Assembly (NCBI GenBank): GCA_963711405.1
Contig: CAVQDZ010000008.1
Coordinates: 34,387 to 98,386, forward strand
Direction: 5' to 3'
From: an uncultured Chloroflexia bacterium
GTDB lineage: Bacteria; Chloroflexota; Limnocylindria; Limnocylindrales; CSP1-4
Length of the DNA: 64,000 nucleotides
The position numbers and the translations under genes were made by a program. Shown here piece after piece: positions 20,416 through 30,602 of the stretch; the stretch's first letter is position 1; each line of letters begins with the position of its first letter. The notes below the pieces were generated by a model that worked only from the letters and a program-made list of their open reading frames with translations, was not told where the DNA came from and did no database searches.

Positions 20416-21253
20416 CCTGGGCGGCGCACAGCTCGTCGTCGTCGCGGACGAGGCAGAGGTAGCGCGCGAATCGGCCAAGCGCGTCGTCACCGCGCTGGCT
20501 CAGGCGATCTCAGAGCGCGGGGCGGCGCACATCGCGCTGACCGGTGGATCGTCGGCCGTGCCACTTTTCCTCGAGCTGCGCAAGCCTGCGAACCGGGCCG
20601 CGCTCGACTGGTCGCAGGTTCACCTGTGGTGGGGCGATGAACGCTTCGTGCCCATCGATCACCCGCAGTCGAACGCCGGCGTCGCCTACGAGCTCCTGCT
20701 CGCCATCGCGGAACGTGCCGGCCTCTCCGGCGCCGGCGGCCAGTTCGACGACTTTGCCGCCGGCGACGTGCCCGGCCTGCCGGTCAGTCCACAGAACGTC
20801 CACCCGGTAGAGGTCGACGAGACGCTCAGTGACGACAACCCGGTCGAGCTTGCGGCGCAGCTCTACGCGCGTGACCTCAATCGCTACCTGCCGCTGGCCA
20901 AGGGCGGCGTGCCGGTGTTCGACGTGTTCCTGACTGGCGTCGGCCCCGACGGCCACATTCTGTCGCTGTTTCCGGGCTCTGCGGGCCTCGCGCCTGATGC
21001 ACTGATCGCGATCGGCGTGCCGGCGCCGGAGCATGTCGAGCCGCACATTGCGCGCGTGACGATCACTGCCCGAGTGCTCCCGGCGGCACGCCTGATGCTG
21101 CTCATGTCGTCAGGCAGCGACAAGGCGGAGATCATGGCCGCGATCCTGGGTGACGAGCAGGACACCGCACGCTGGCCGGCTCAGGCCGCCTTGCTGCCCA
21201 ACGCCGTGTGGGTCCTCGATCGCGCCGCTGCCTCAGGAATCAGCGCGACATAA
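20408..21253 (+). CDS. pgl: 6-phosphogluconolactonase
   Basis: The GTG at 20408 overlaps the opcA stop (GTGGCTGA). Motifs: HIALTGGSSAVPLF, VHLWWGDERFVP, VFLTGVGPDGHILSLFPG. The upstream part of track ORF 20069..21253 is out-of-frame opcA sequence. Confidence 0.85.
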   Translation: MADLGGAQLVVVADEAEVARESAKRVVTALAQAISERGAAHIALTGGSSAVPLFLELRKPANRAALDWSQVHLWWGDERFVPIDHPQSNAGVAYELLLAIAERAGLSGAGGQFDDFAAGDVPGLPVSPQNVHPVEVDETLSDDNPVELAAQLYARDLNRYLPLAKGGVPVFDVFLTGVGPDGHILSLFPGSAGLAPDALIAIGVPAPEHVEPHIARVTITARVLPAARLMLLMSSGSDKAEIMAAILGDEQDTARWPAQAALLPNAVWVLDRAAASGISAT

Positions 21254-22441
21254 CCGGGCCCAACGGTTCTGTCGGCGAGGTCTTCCTTGTCGCGCTGCGC
21301 CTCGGACTGACCTCCTTCGGCGGCCCGGTCGCACACATCGGCTACTTCCGACGCGAGTACGTCGAACGTCGTCGCTGGCTGGACGAGAGCCATTTCGCCG
21401 ATCTAGTCGCGCTGTGCCAATCGTTGCCGGGGCCGGCGAGCAGCCAGCTTGGGATCGCCATTGGCTCCGGTCGCGCCGGGCTCGGCCGGAGGGCTCGCCG
21501 CGTGGCTCGGCTTCACCTTGCCGTCGGCTTTCGTCCTCATCGGGCTCGGGCTGTACGCGAGCTCGAGCGATCTATCGACCGCGGGCTGGGTTCATGGCCT
21601 CAAGCTTGCGGCGGTGGCGGTCGTCGCGCTCGCCGTTCTGACCATGGCTCGATCGTTGACGCCCGACTGGCCACGTCGGGCGCTGGCACTGGCCGCGCTC
21701 CTTGTCGCCCTGCTGGTCTCCGTGCCGCTCACGCAGCTGGCTGTCATCGCAGGCGGAGGCGTGCTCGGCTATCTCTTTCTCAAGTCTCCCGGCGTGCCGA
21801 ACAAGGTCGTGGAAGCCAGCCCGGTCTCTCCGCGTGTTGGAGCAATACTGATCGGGCTTTTCTTCATCCTGCTCGTGGCGCTGCCGCTCGCGGCCCAGCT
21901 GAGCGGCTCCTCGACCGCCGCACTGTTCTCCGGGATCTTCGGCTCTGGAGCGCTGGTGTTCGGCGGCGGCCACGTCGTCCTTCCGCTGCTGCACGCCACG
22001 ACCGTCGATCCCGGCTGGGTTACGAACAACCAGTTCCTGGCGGGTTACGGCGCGACGCAGGCGATGCCTGGACCGCTGTTCACGTTCGCAGCCTTCCTGG
22101 GCAGTGTCAGCAGCGTCGCGCCGAGCGGCGTGCTGGGTGGATTGATGTGCCTCGTCGCAATCTTTCTGCCCGCGTTCCTGTTGATCTGGGGGGCGCTGCC
22201 GTTCTGGGAACGCCTGCGGCAGTCCGATCCGTTCAGGCGCGCGCTGAGCGGCACGAATGCGGCCGTCGTCGGATTACTGGCCGCCGCGCTCTACAACCCG
22301 GTCTGGACGAGCTCGGTCGGCGCCTGGGGCGACGTCGCGATCGTGGCCGTTGCCCTGGCCGTGCTTGCCACTGGGCGCGTCGCGCCGATCTTCGTCGTGG
22401 CGGCATGCGCCGTGGCCGGTCAGCTGCTGATGGTGGGCTAG
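21208..22441 (+). pseudogene. chrA: chromate transporter ChrA, one +1 frameshift
   Basis: N-terminus EVFLVALRLGLTSFGGPVAHIGYFRREYVERRRWLDE...LPGPASSQLGIAIG (ORF 21208..22464), then LAAWLGFTLPSAFV...GGGHVVLPLL...GYGATQAMPGPLFTFAAFLG (ORF 21449..22441). The break is at about 21483. The start codon is uncertain. Confidence 0.75.
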
Positions 22442-22515
22442 AGGACGGTCGCCCGCGTGGGTAACATCAGCCTCCGTCGAGCGGTTCTTCCGACCGAGCC
22501 GCGCACATCGGAGAA

Positions 22516-23445
22516 GTGATGGCCGATCTGGGCGTCAAAGGCCTGCCCGATCCCGAAGATGGCACGCCCTGGTTGACCCATCGGGCACGCCTCATCGAGC
22601 GCCTGCCTTCGATATTTTCGACTGTCTGGCTGTTTGACCACCTGCAGATGAGCGGCAAGCCGGGCATCGACGGTTGGGCGGCGCTGGCGTGGATGGCGGC
22701 CACCTTCACGCACATGCGCGTTGGCACCATGGTCCTCTCGCAGAGCTTTCGTAACCCCGGCCTGCTCGGGGTATCAGCCGCGACGCTCCAGGAGCTGACC
22801 GGCGGTCGCGTGATCCTGGGCATCGGCGCTGGCTGGCTCGAGGAGGAGTACCGCGCGTACAACTTCACGTACCCAAGCCCAGGCGAGCGCGTCGCGCAGC
22901 TGGCCGAATCAATCGAACTGATCAAGACCCTGTGGCGCGATTCGCCCGCGACATTCGAGGGCAAGTGGTACTCGATCCGCGAGGCGTATTGCGCGCGGCC
23001 CGAACCGCCAGTGCCCATCATGGTCGGTACGAACGGGCCGCGCGCGCTCAAGGTGGTCGCCCGGCTGGCCGACTGGTGGGTCTGGGACGGGCCTTTCGAG
23101 CAGACCTATCGCGCGCCCATGGAGCGGCTACGCGCAGAGTGCGAATTGATCGGCCGGCCCTTCGACGACATCACCAAGATCTGTGAGCTGGCGGTGTGGA
23201 TGCCGGACGACATCAAGACGTTCGCGCCGACATACGAGCATTCGAACTACCCCGGCCAGGTTTTCGCCGTCGCCGGGCCAACGGCGCAGGATGTGATCCG
23301 CGAGATCGAGACACTCGTCGACGCTGGCGTCGCGCATATCGCCATCGACTTCGAGGACATGGCAACCATGAACCGCTTCCTGAGCGACGTTGTGCCCCAC
23401 GTTCGACTCGCGCCCCAGCGGTGGAACAGGGAGGTGAGCTCATGA
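22516..23445 (+). CDS. LLM-class (luciferase-like) flavin/F420-dependent oxidoreductase
   Basis: 309 aa: LWLFDHLQ...MRVGTMVLSQSFRNPGLL...GGRVILGIGAGWLEEEYRAYNF. The ATG at 22519, downstream of GGAGAAG, is an equally good start. Confidence 0.8.
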   Translation: MMADLGVKGLPDPEDGTPWLTHRARLIERLPSIFSTVWLFDHLQMSGKPGIDGWAALAWMAATFTHMRVGTMVLSQSFRNPGLLGVSAATLQELTGGRVILGIGAGWLEEEYRAYNFTYPSPGERVAQLAESIELIKTLWRDSPATFEGKWYSIREAYCARPEPPVPIMVGTNGPRALKVVARLADWWVWDGPFEQTYRAPMERLRAECELIGRPFDDITKICELAVWMPDDIKTFAPTYEHSNYPGQVFAVAGPTAQDVIREIETLVDAGVAHIAIDFEDMATMNRFLSDVVPHVRLAPQRWNREVSS

Positions 23446-24422
23446 TCGGTCGGCTGTTGGCGCGCTTCACTTACGCCCAGGCGCGATGGGCCAGGCCGTT
23501 TGGCGACTTCAACGTGCGCTGGATCAGCGCCATCTTCCGGCCTATCCGGCCGATCAAGGACTTCCTGCACGGCAAGTGGATCGGCCACTCGGTCCATGCG
23601 CTGCTGACCGACGTGCCCATCGGCGCGCTGACACTGGTCATCGTTTTCGACGTGCTGAACCTGCGTCAGGCCGCCGACATAACGCTTGCATTCGGCGTGC
23701 TGGCGATGATCGGCGCCGCCGTCGCCGGAGCGGCCGACTACAGCGACACGGACGACGACCCGCGCATGGTCGCGACCGTCCACGCGACCGGGATGGTCAT
23801 CGCGCTGGTCGTCTACCTGATCTCGCTGGCGCTGCGCCTGGGTGATCCGAACGGCGACCGAACGGTGGTGATCGTTTTGTCGCTGCTGGGCTACCTGATC
23901 GTGGCCGGGGCGGCGTGGGTGGGCGGCGAGGTGGTCTACGGCCTGGGCAACATGGTCAATCGCCACGCGTGGCGCTTCGGACCCAAGTCAACCTGGACGA
24001 AGCTCGATGTGACGGACATCCCCGACAACACGCCCACCGCGGCCAAGGCCGGCGCGCAGAGCCTGGTCGTCGTCCGCCAGGGTGACCAGGTCTATGCCCT
24101 CCACTCGGTGTGTGCGCATGCCGGCGGGCCGCTCCCGGAAGGCAAGATCGTCGACGGCTGCATCGAATGTCCGTGGCACCACACGCGCTTCGATCTGGCC
24201 ACCGGTCAACGCAAGCAGGGCCCGAGCACGTTCGACCAGCCCAGCTACCAGGTACGCGCCGCAGAAGATGGCGGCTGGGAGGTGCGCCGCGTCATCCCGA
24301 ACAAACCGTTTGAAGTACCGGCCGGCGCCCAGACGAACGCGGCAGCACCTGTCGGCGATCTGGTCGACACCGGCCGCGATCCGCGCAGCTGGCGCGGCGA
24401 CCGGCCCGGCCACAGCAACTAG
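23442..24422 (+). CDS. membrane protein (DUF2231-like N-terminus) fused to a Rieske [2Fe-2S] domain
   Basis: The ATG at 23442 overlaps the LLM stop (ATGA). Four or five TM segments are followed by CAHAGGPL...(15 aa)...CPWHHTRF (CxH...CxxH). Confidence 0.75.
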   Translation: MIGRLLARFTYAQARWARPFGDFNVRWISAIFRPIRPIKDFLHGKWIGHSVHALLTDVPIGALTLVIVFDVLNLRQAADITLAFGVLAMIGAAVAGAADYSDTDDDPRMVATVHATGMVIALVVYLISLALRLGDPNGDRTVVIVLSLLGYLIVAGAAWVGGEVVYGLGNMVNRHAWRFGPKSTWTKLDVTDIPDNTPTAAKAGAQSLVVVRQGDQVYALHSVCAHAGGPLPEGKIVDGCIECPWHHTRFDLATGQRKQGPSTFDQPSYQVRAAEDGGWEVRRVIPNKPFEVPAGAQTNAAAPVGDLVDTGRDPRSWRGDRPGHSN

Positions 24423-25348
24423 CGCAGGAGCACGACCCCGATCGTCGCCAGTGCGACGCCCACGATCTGGTGCGGGCGGAGCCGCTCGTGCAGTACCACG
24501 ACGGCCAGAATGATCGTGACCACCGGGTAGAGCGAGGACAGGACGACCGCGATCGCGAACGCGTCTGCCTGACTGGCGAGGACGAAGAAGGTGTTGCCGC
24601 CGAGGTCGCCCAGGCCGGTCGCGAGCAGCAGTACCGCAAGCGGCGCGACGCCCAAGGGCTCGCGCGCGCAGGCGCGGCAGCCCCAGCGCTACGTCCGCGC
24701 GCCGGGCGAGCGTGCTCTCACGAGACCGCCAGATTGCGAACAGCAGCGCGAGCAGGATCGCGCTCAGGCCGCTCACGCGGACCGCGACGATGGGCCACCA
24801 CGTGCGCGCCGTTCTCCGTGGCGCGCTGGAACAAAAGGAAGAATCCGGCAAAGCCAAATCCGGCGCCCAGGACGAAGGGCAGCTCGCGCATATCGATCCG
24901 GGTGCGTCGGCGATCGTCAACGGTCTTGTCGCCGCCCGGCAGGGAGATCAACACGACCGCCGCGAGCGCGATCACGATGCCCAGGATCCGGGCCGTTGAC
25001 ATCGAGGCGCCGCCCGCGATCGAGACGATGACCGGTAACCCCGCACCGATGAGCGCCGCCACCGGGGCGACGATGCCCATCGTGCCGCGCGACAGGGCGA
25101 CGTAGAAGCAGGTCAGACCGGTGATGCCGGCGATGCCCGCCGCCGCGCCCCAGAGCAGCGACTCGGGCGACGCCATGGCCTCGCCGGACAACAATGCGAT
25201 GCCCAAGCCGACCGCCAGGCCAACGCACGTCGACGACCAGTGTCGCCAGAAATGTGCTGGAGAACCGCGTCAGCAGCCCGCCGGCAAAGTCACTCGCCCC
25301 CCAAGAAACCGCAGAGAGAACGCCTAGGACAGGACCGCTGAGGCTCAG
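24419..25348 (-). pseudogene. EamA/DMT-family transporter, at least three frameshifts and no canonical start
   Basis: Pieces read in order: LSLSGPVLGVLSAVSWGASDFAGGLL (tail of ORF 24917..27676), GIALLSGEAMASPESLLWGAAAGIAG...(ORF 24718..25206), WWPIVAVRVSGLSAILLALLF (frame of ORF 23988..24920), and VAPLAVLLLATGLGDLGGNTFFVLASQ...SSLYPVVTIILAVVVLHERL (ORF 24419..24655). Confidence 0.6.
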
Positions 25349-27676
25349 TGCTCTTCCGGCCAGAGGGGCGCCACGGGTGTTGCCGGGGCGGTGGTGGTGG
25401 TCGGGGCGACCGCGACCGGTCGGCCGTTCTTCAGGGCCGTGCCCGTTGCTGACGACCACAACCGGCTCATCGTGCAGCGTGCTGCTCGGCCACATCGACA
25501 TCGCTTCGCCGCCCGGTGCGGCGCCAACCGACTCCGGCTCATCACGTGCTTGCGGCGCGGGCAGCACGACGACGTTGTCGGCGACCGCGTCGTATCGGTC
25601 GGAGGTGGTCAGGAAGATCACCTGGAACTCGCGCGCCAGGTCCTTGAGCATCTTCAGCGCGCGCTCCGCGCGTTCGTTGTCGAAGGTCACGAACGGATCG
25701 TCGAAGAGCAGCGGCGGCGTGCCCGGCTCCGTCACCTGGCGCACGATGCCCAGGCGCGCGCACAGGTAGAGCTGGTCGAGCGTGCCCTGGGACAGGCGAC
25801 GCACGTCGATCCAGTTTTCGAGCTCGGGCGAGTAGACCTCGAAGGTCAGGGTCTGCTCATCCACGCGCAGCCGTCGATAACGGCCGCCGGTCACCCGCTC
25901 GATGTCGCGCGCCATGCGCTGCTCGAGGAAGCGCGCGGCCTTCTTCATCGTCCCGCTCTCGGCGGCATTCAACGTCGCGAGGACGTCCTCGTAGATGCGC
26001 AGCCGCCGCTCAGCGGCCGTGAGCGACTCCTGGGCCTGCTCGAGTGCCTCTGCCGCGGCCGCGACCTGCTCGGCGTCGACGGCGTTGTTGGTGACGCGTG
26101 CCTCCGCATTTGCCTCGGCCTGCATCGCCGCCTCGCGCTCGGGCGCGAGGCGCTGCACGGCCAGATCGAACGCGGCCACGAAACGATCCGGATCGCGGCC
26201 GATTTCGCCCATGCCGGCCAGCGCGTGCTTGCACTCGTCAGCCTGTGCCGCGGCGCTGTCGCGCAGCGCGGCCACGTCTTCAGTTGTCGCGTCCGCGCCG
26301 GTCAGGCCGCGGTACTCCGCGCGCTTGGCACTGATCTGGGCAACGTGATCTGTCTCGGCCGCAAGCACTTTCTCGGCCGTGGCGATGTCCGGTTGGTGGA
26401 TCGTGCCGAGTACCTCAGCGCGCTCCTGCTCGGCCTGGCGGACGCGCTCTGCGATCTGCGTTCGACCGTGCAGCCGGCGCGCAATCTCCGACTCGCGCAG
26501 CTCGTTCTGCATGCGAATGTCGTGGACGCGACGTCGCTCCCGCCGCGTGACGACGAAAGCGCCACCCGCACCTACAAGCACGCCGAGGGCCACGACGATG
26601 CCGACTATCGGAAGGGCGAACCAGAAGCTGCCGGCGAGGATTGCCACGGCAACGACGACGAGGGCACTGCCGAGCAACAGCCACGGCGCCCAGCGTGGGG
26701 TTGGGATGGCAACGTCGTAACCCGACAGGTCCGGCTCTGCGGCGAGCTCGGCGCGCATCTCCGACAGCTTGAACTCGAGCTGACGAAGGTGGTCGACGGT
26801 CGTGCGCAGGACGGGCAGCTCCACGCTCGACGGATGCGCCGCCTCCAGCTTGTCGATCTCGTCGCGCAGCTCGGCGGCACGCCTGTAGAGCGTGTAGCGC
26901 TTGATGGCGTCGACCTGCTGGGTCGTCAGCTCGGCGGCACGGTGGGCTTTGGCCGCGTTGTCCTTCTGCTCGGTCAGCTGCACGTCCAGCTTGGCGCGCG
27001 TCTCGCGGGTCACGGCCAGCGCGCGCCGGTCGCTCTCGAGCTGCTCGAGCGCGGCCTCACCGGCGCGCTTCTGCTCGCCCAGGCGATCGACCTCACCGCG
27101 GAACTGCTTCAGGTAGCCGGGATTCTTGGCGCCCTCCGTCTTGTACCGGCGGATTGCGTCCTCGAGCTTCTTGCGCGCCGTCTGAGTGCCACGATCGGCG
27201 CCACTCATCGACTGCTGCAGCCGATCGCGCAGCGTGCTCTCGTCCTGCGACAGACCGGTCAGCTCAGCGTGATGCACGCTCGCCGTGGCGCGCAGGAACT
27301 TCTCCGACGGAAGCCCGGTCAGCTCCGCAACCTGTGCCTCAACGGCGGCCGGATCGGTCAGCGTCTGGTCGTCCCAGGTCATCTCGACCGTGCCGCGATG
27401 ACCGGCGAAAACCTTGCGCAGCGTGCCAGCCTTGCCGTCGTCGTCGAAGTCGATCTCGACCGTCGGGTCAACATCTGGCTTGAGCCACGGCCGCAGATCG
27501 TCCAGCTCGGCGGAGGCAAAGGTTGGGCGCCTGAACAGCCCCACCTCGATCGCGCGCTGGACGGTCGACTTGCCCGCTTCGTTCGGGCCACGGACGATGT
27601 TCAGCCCGGGCTTGAGCTCGATGTCGAGCTCGCCGTGGCGGCGGAAGTCGGTCAGCCTAAGACGGTTGATGTTCAT
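25345..27676 (-). CDS. YhaN/SbcC-like coiled-coil ATPase with a central transmembrane hairpin; 3' end uncertain
   Basis: Walker A: GPNEAGKST. Long coiled coils. Signature-like LSQGTLDQLYL. Walker B/D-loop: PPLLFDDPFVTFD. Hydrophobic hairpin at aa ~329-376 (WAPWLLLGSALVVVAVAILAGSFWFALPIVGIVVALGVLVGAGGAFVV, nt 26549..26692). The conserved part ends near aa 705 (~25560). The track ORF reads on into the EamA gene to 24917, which I treat as an artefact. Confidence 0.7.
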
Positions 27677-27697
27677 GGCAGCGTCACCCGCTGTGGA

Positions 27698-28852
27698 TCA
27701 TCGAGAAGCAACATGCCGTAGTGGAGCGCCTCGCGCAGCTCCGCCGCGCGCTCGGTCGTCGCCCTTCTCCTCGCTCTCAACGATGCGCGCCCTGAAGTCG
27801 CGTGTGAATGCGCCAAGAACGGTATCGGCAGGCGCGATGATGCTGTCGTCGAGAGGTGCGGTCGACACGTCGCGGATACGCACGCGCATGAACTTGTCAG
27901 CCAGCTGGCGCTCGAGCTCGTCCACGTTCAAGTCAAGGTTCGGCGAGCGCATACCTACGATGCGCGCGTCCATCACGAGATCCGGGCTGGCCATCTCGCG
28001 CAGCCGACTCTCGAGCTCGGCCTGCGACGTAACGCCGGCTGCGTCGACGTCCACCCGGCGGAAGGTGGTGCGTCCGACGGGACGTGCCGCAACCGTCACG
28101 CTGCGCTGTCCATTGTTCGCATCGAGGCTGACCAGGGCCACCTGGCCCGCGCCATCCTGATCGAGTGCGACCGGTTCCGGGGCGCCCGAGTAAGCCCACA
28201 CGGTCCTGCCGTCGCGGCCTTCGCGGAACGAGTGCCAGTGGCCCAGCGCCAGGTAGTCAAGGTTGCTCGCGCCCACTTCGGCGTCAGTGAACATGACTTC
28301 GTCCGTCCGGCCGGGCACAGCGAATGCGCCGTGGACCATGCCGATCTGCCAGTTGCGCGCTTTGTCCGATGCCACGTCCGCGGGAACGGACATGGCCGGC
28401 AGGGGGCTTTCTGAGGCGCGCTTGGTGGCGAACACCTTGGCCCGCACTGTCACTCCCAGATGATTGAAGTCGACGCTTGGGCGCGTATCGGTGAGCAGGG
28501 TTATCAAGCCCGAGTCGGGCGGAGCACCGGCCATCTCCGCCAGGTCGAACACGCGGTAGATGGAGGCCGCGTCATAGCAGTCGTGCGTCCCCGGGATGAC
28601 GACCGTGGGAATGAGGCGCTGGCAAAGCCGACCTAGCTCCGCGGCAGCGCGCTCGAACGAGCGGCGCGGCTGGCTGTTCGAGTCGAACAGGTCGCCACAG
28701 ATGAGCACCAGGTCAACCTTTTCTTCGATGGCCAGGTCGACCGCGCGCTTGAAGGCTTCGAATTGACGCTCGCGCTGGGCGGCCGCTGCCGGACCCAGGT
28801 CGTCATGGCGCGCGCCCAGGTGAACGTCAGCCATGTGCAGAAGGCGCGGCAT
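27698..28852 (-). CDS. SbcD/YhaO-like metallophosphoesterase (DNA repair exonuclease family)
   Basis: MPRLLHMADVHLGARHD (DxH), LVLICGDLFDS (GDxxD), VVIPGTHDC, ALGHWH. It lies immediately upstream of the ATPase on the same strand, with a 21-nt gap. Confidence 0.8.
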   Translation of the reverse strand: MPRLLHMADVHLGARHDDLGPAAAAQRERQFEAFKRAVDLAIEEKVDLVLICGDLFDSNSQPRRSFERAAAELGRLCQRLIPTVVIPGTHDCYDAASIYRVFDLAEMAGAPPDSGLITLLTDTRPSVDFNHLGVTVRAKVFATKRASESPLPAMSVPADVASDKARNWQIGMVHGAFAVPGRTDEVMFTDAEVGASNLDYLALGHWHSFREGRDGRTVWAYSGAPEPVALDQDGAGQVALVSLDANNGQRSVTVAARPVGRTTFRRVDVDAAGVTSQAELESRLREMASPDLVMDARIVGMRSPNLDLNVDELERQLADKFMRVRIRDVSTAPLDDSIIAPADTVLGAFTRDFRARIVESEEKGDDRARGGAARGAPLRHVASR

Positions 28853-29209
28853 CGGAGGTTCTTAACTCCATCTCGGCAGGTTGTGGTGCGGGCGCGTCAA
28901 TTCTGACAGCCGCGGGTCCCGGCCGGACATAGGACGGAAGGCCTAAGAAGTGCGCTTATGGTGGGTCGTGACGGGTTGTCCGCTGAGTGGCGAGAGGGCC
29001 GCTCTTGGCCGCGTCAAAGATCGGGTGGTAACCTTCGGGCGTTACCGGTGCGCCCCAGTTTCAGGGACCTCGGCAGAGCAACTGGGTTGGCGCCCGGCTC
29101 CAAGTTCCAGCGCCACGCCTTAGGCTCGCTCGGCTCGACCCCGCCAGCTGGACACTCCGGTGCGATCGGCAATCTGGTTCTCTTTTCGCTGACCAAGGGG
29201 AGGTCACTG

Positions 29210-29554
29210 GTGTCCTATCAAGATCGAACCCTCACCTGTGCCGACTGCGGCGTGGAGTTCATCCACTCAGCGGCCGACCAGGAGTTCTACGCGCAGAAAG
29301 GGTTCGCGTCAGATCCCAAGCGCTGCCCCACGTGCCGCGCGACGCGCCGCCAGATGCGCGACACGAGCGGCTTCGACGTGCGCGAGATCGGCGGCCCGCG
29401 AGGCTACGAGCGCGGCGACTATCGACCTCAGCGCGAGTACTTCGCAGTCATCTGCTCAAAGTGCGGCAACGCGGCGCAGGTGCCGTTCAAGCCGCGCCAG
29501 GACAAGCCCGTCTACTGCTCCGACTGCTTCCGAGACGTTCAAGCCGCCTCGTAA
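29210..29554 (+). CDS. small zinc-ribbon protein (two double-CxxC units)
   Basis: GTG at 29210, preceded by AAGGGGAGG. Sequence: VSYQDRTLTCADCGVEFIHSAADQEFYAQKGFASDPKRCPTCR...VICSKCGNAAQVPFKPRQDKPVYCSDCF. The upstream part of track ORF 28958..29554 does not look protein-like. Confidence 0.7.
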   Translation: MSYQDRTLTCADCGVEFIHSAADQEFYAQKGFASDPKRCPTCRATRRQMRDTSGFDVREIGGPRGYERGDYRPQREYFAVICSKCGNAAQVPFKPRQDKPVYCSDCFRDVQAAS

Positions 29555-29575
29555 GGCAAGCTCCAGGCAGCGCAG

Positions 29576-29607
29576 GACCCGATCGGCATTTGCCGACCGG
29601 GTCTTTT
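29576..29607 (+). terminator. rho-independent terminator of the zinc-ribbon gene
   Basis: GACCCGATCGGC (29576-29587), loop ATTT, GCCGACCGGGTC (29592-29603, one mismatch), then TTTT. Confidence 0.6.
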
Positions 29608-29624
29608 CATTTGCCGCCCAGCAG

Positions 29625-29771
29625 TCCAACCGCCTGACTGCGCCCCTCTTCAGCCGCCCGCCTGCGCCTCCCCTCCAACCGCCTGACTGCGCACTCCTGT
29701 CCAACCGCCTGACTGCGCACTCACTGTCCAACCGCCTGACTGCGCACTCACTGTCCAACCGCCTAAAAGAC
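29625..29771. repeat. 27-bp tandem repeat array TCCAACCGCCTGACTGCGCACTCACTG
   Basis: Copies start at 29674 (26 nt), 29700 and 29727. A truncated copy at 29754 (TCCAACCGCCTAAAAGAC) forms the outer end of the left inverted-repeat arm. A detached copy lies at 29625. Confidence 0.9.
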
Positions 29772-29898
29772 ACCGCCTCAGTCGTATTGGCCCGCCTGAG
29801 CAAGGACCCCAAACTGACCTCAGTCCCATTGGCCCGACTGCTGGCCGCGAATTGCACGCTCACGTGAGCCCGACTTCAGTTAGTCGCATTGGCGCGAC
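29754..29898. repeat. left arm of the long imperfect inverted repeat flanking the XRE gene
   Basis: 29755-29771 is the exact reverse complement of 30652-30668 (17/17). 29821-29879 matches the reverse complement of the 60-bp right-arm unit at 54/59 positions (manual alignment). Further degenerate ATTGGCCCGAC-like copies extend to ~29964. Confidence 0.85.
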
Positions 29899-30076
29899 CA
29901 AGCAACTCGCATTCGCCCGACTAACCTCGTTGGTTCGGCCGCAAGAGGATCCCGTTCGCCCGACATCAAGACCTGAAAGCAAGGTTCCGACTGCCTCGCC
30001 CACCCACCGCCTGGCAAAGCGCGAGTGAAGTGCGGTGCAAGCGCGCGCTAAGTGCCTTTCGCTTCAATGGCCGTCC

Positions 30077-30412
30077 ATGGCATGGCATGCACGTCTCGAC
30101 GACCAACGGCCGCTCGTTCGCTTCGGCCGGAACGTGCGTCGAGCTCGTCAGATCGCCGGCATCAGCCAGCAGCGCCTGGCCGACTTGTCGGGCATTAGCC
30201 AAAGCGTCATCTCGAGACTCGAGCGTGGGAAGGCGCCCATGATCGGCCTCGAGCGGCTGCTCATGCTCGAGCGCGTGCTCGGCTCGGCGTGGCCGTTCGG
30301 CGAATGCCCGCACGACCACAGCTGTGTGTGGCAGCAGCTCGGGTCCGACGGCCAGCGGACGCACACAACGACCCTGGCGCGCAACAGCTCGGCCTGGAAC
30401 ATCCTCGAGTGA
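30077..30412 (+). CDS. XRE-family helix-turn-helix protein (~111 aa)
   Basis: In-frame ATG at 30077 within track ORF 30035..30412. HTH: FGRNVRRARQIAGISQQRLADLSGISQSVISRLERGKAP. The C-terminal part has Cys/His residues (ECPHDHSCVW). Confidence 0.65.
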   Translation: MAWHARLDDQRPLVRFGRNVRRARQIAGISQQRLADLSGISQSVISRLERGKAPMIGLERLLMLERVLGSAWPFGECPHDHSCVWQQLGSDGQRTHTTTLARNSSAWNILE

Positions 30413-30463
30413 GCGGAAATCCTCGGCTGACGTAGTCGACTGACGACTCTGCAAAGTCGGGCC

Positions 30464-30602
30464 AATGGGACTGGCTGAAGTCGGGCTGACCTGAGCGCGC
30501 GATTCGCGGCCGGCAGTCGGGCCAATGGGACTGGCTGAAGTCGGGCTGACCTGAGCGCGCGATTCGCGGCCGGCAGTCGGGCCAATGGGACTGAGGGCAG
30601 TT
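30464..30602. repeat. perfect 60-bp tandem repeat, 2.3 copies
   Basis: The unit AGTCGGGCCAATGGGACTGGCTGAAGTCGGGCTGACCTGAGCGCGCGATTCGCGGCCGGC occurs at 30464-30523 and 30524-30583 (identical), plus 19 nt of a third copy at 30584-30602. Confidence 0.95.

Noticed and set aside
24917-25560. ATPase-EamA fusion implied by track ORF 24917..27676
   Set aside because: The conserved ATPase ends near 25560. The downstream part is a low-complexity tail followed by the first TM helices of a separate DMT transporter. The lack of a stop is most likely due to local indel errors.
28853-29209. Possible ncRNA or riboswitch in the 357-bp region upstream of the zinc-ribbon gene (hairpins GGTAAC..GTTACC at ~29025 and CCAGTT..AACTGG at ~29055-29095; loose resemblance to SRP domain IV)
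   Set aside because: I could not match any conserved core (no GGAA tetraloop context, and no RNase P, tmRNA, 6S or riboswitch signature). The hairpins alone are not evidence. A covariance-model scan would be needed.
30464-30602. Possible CRISPR array
   Set aside because: The 60-bp units are directly abutting with no spacers, there are only 2.3 copies, and there are no cas genes in the window.
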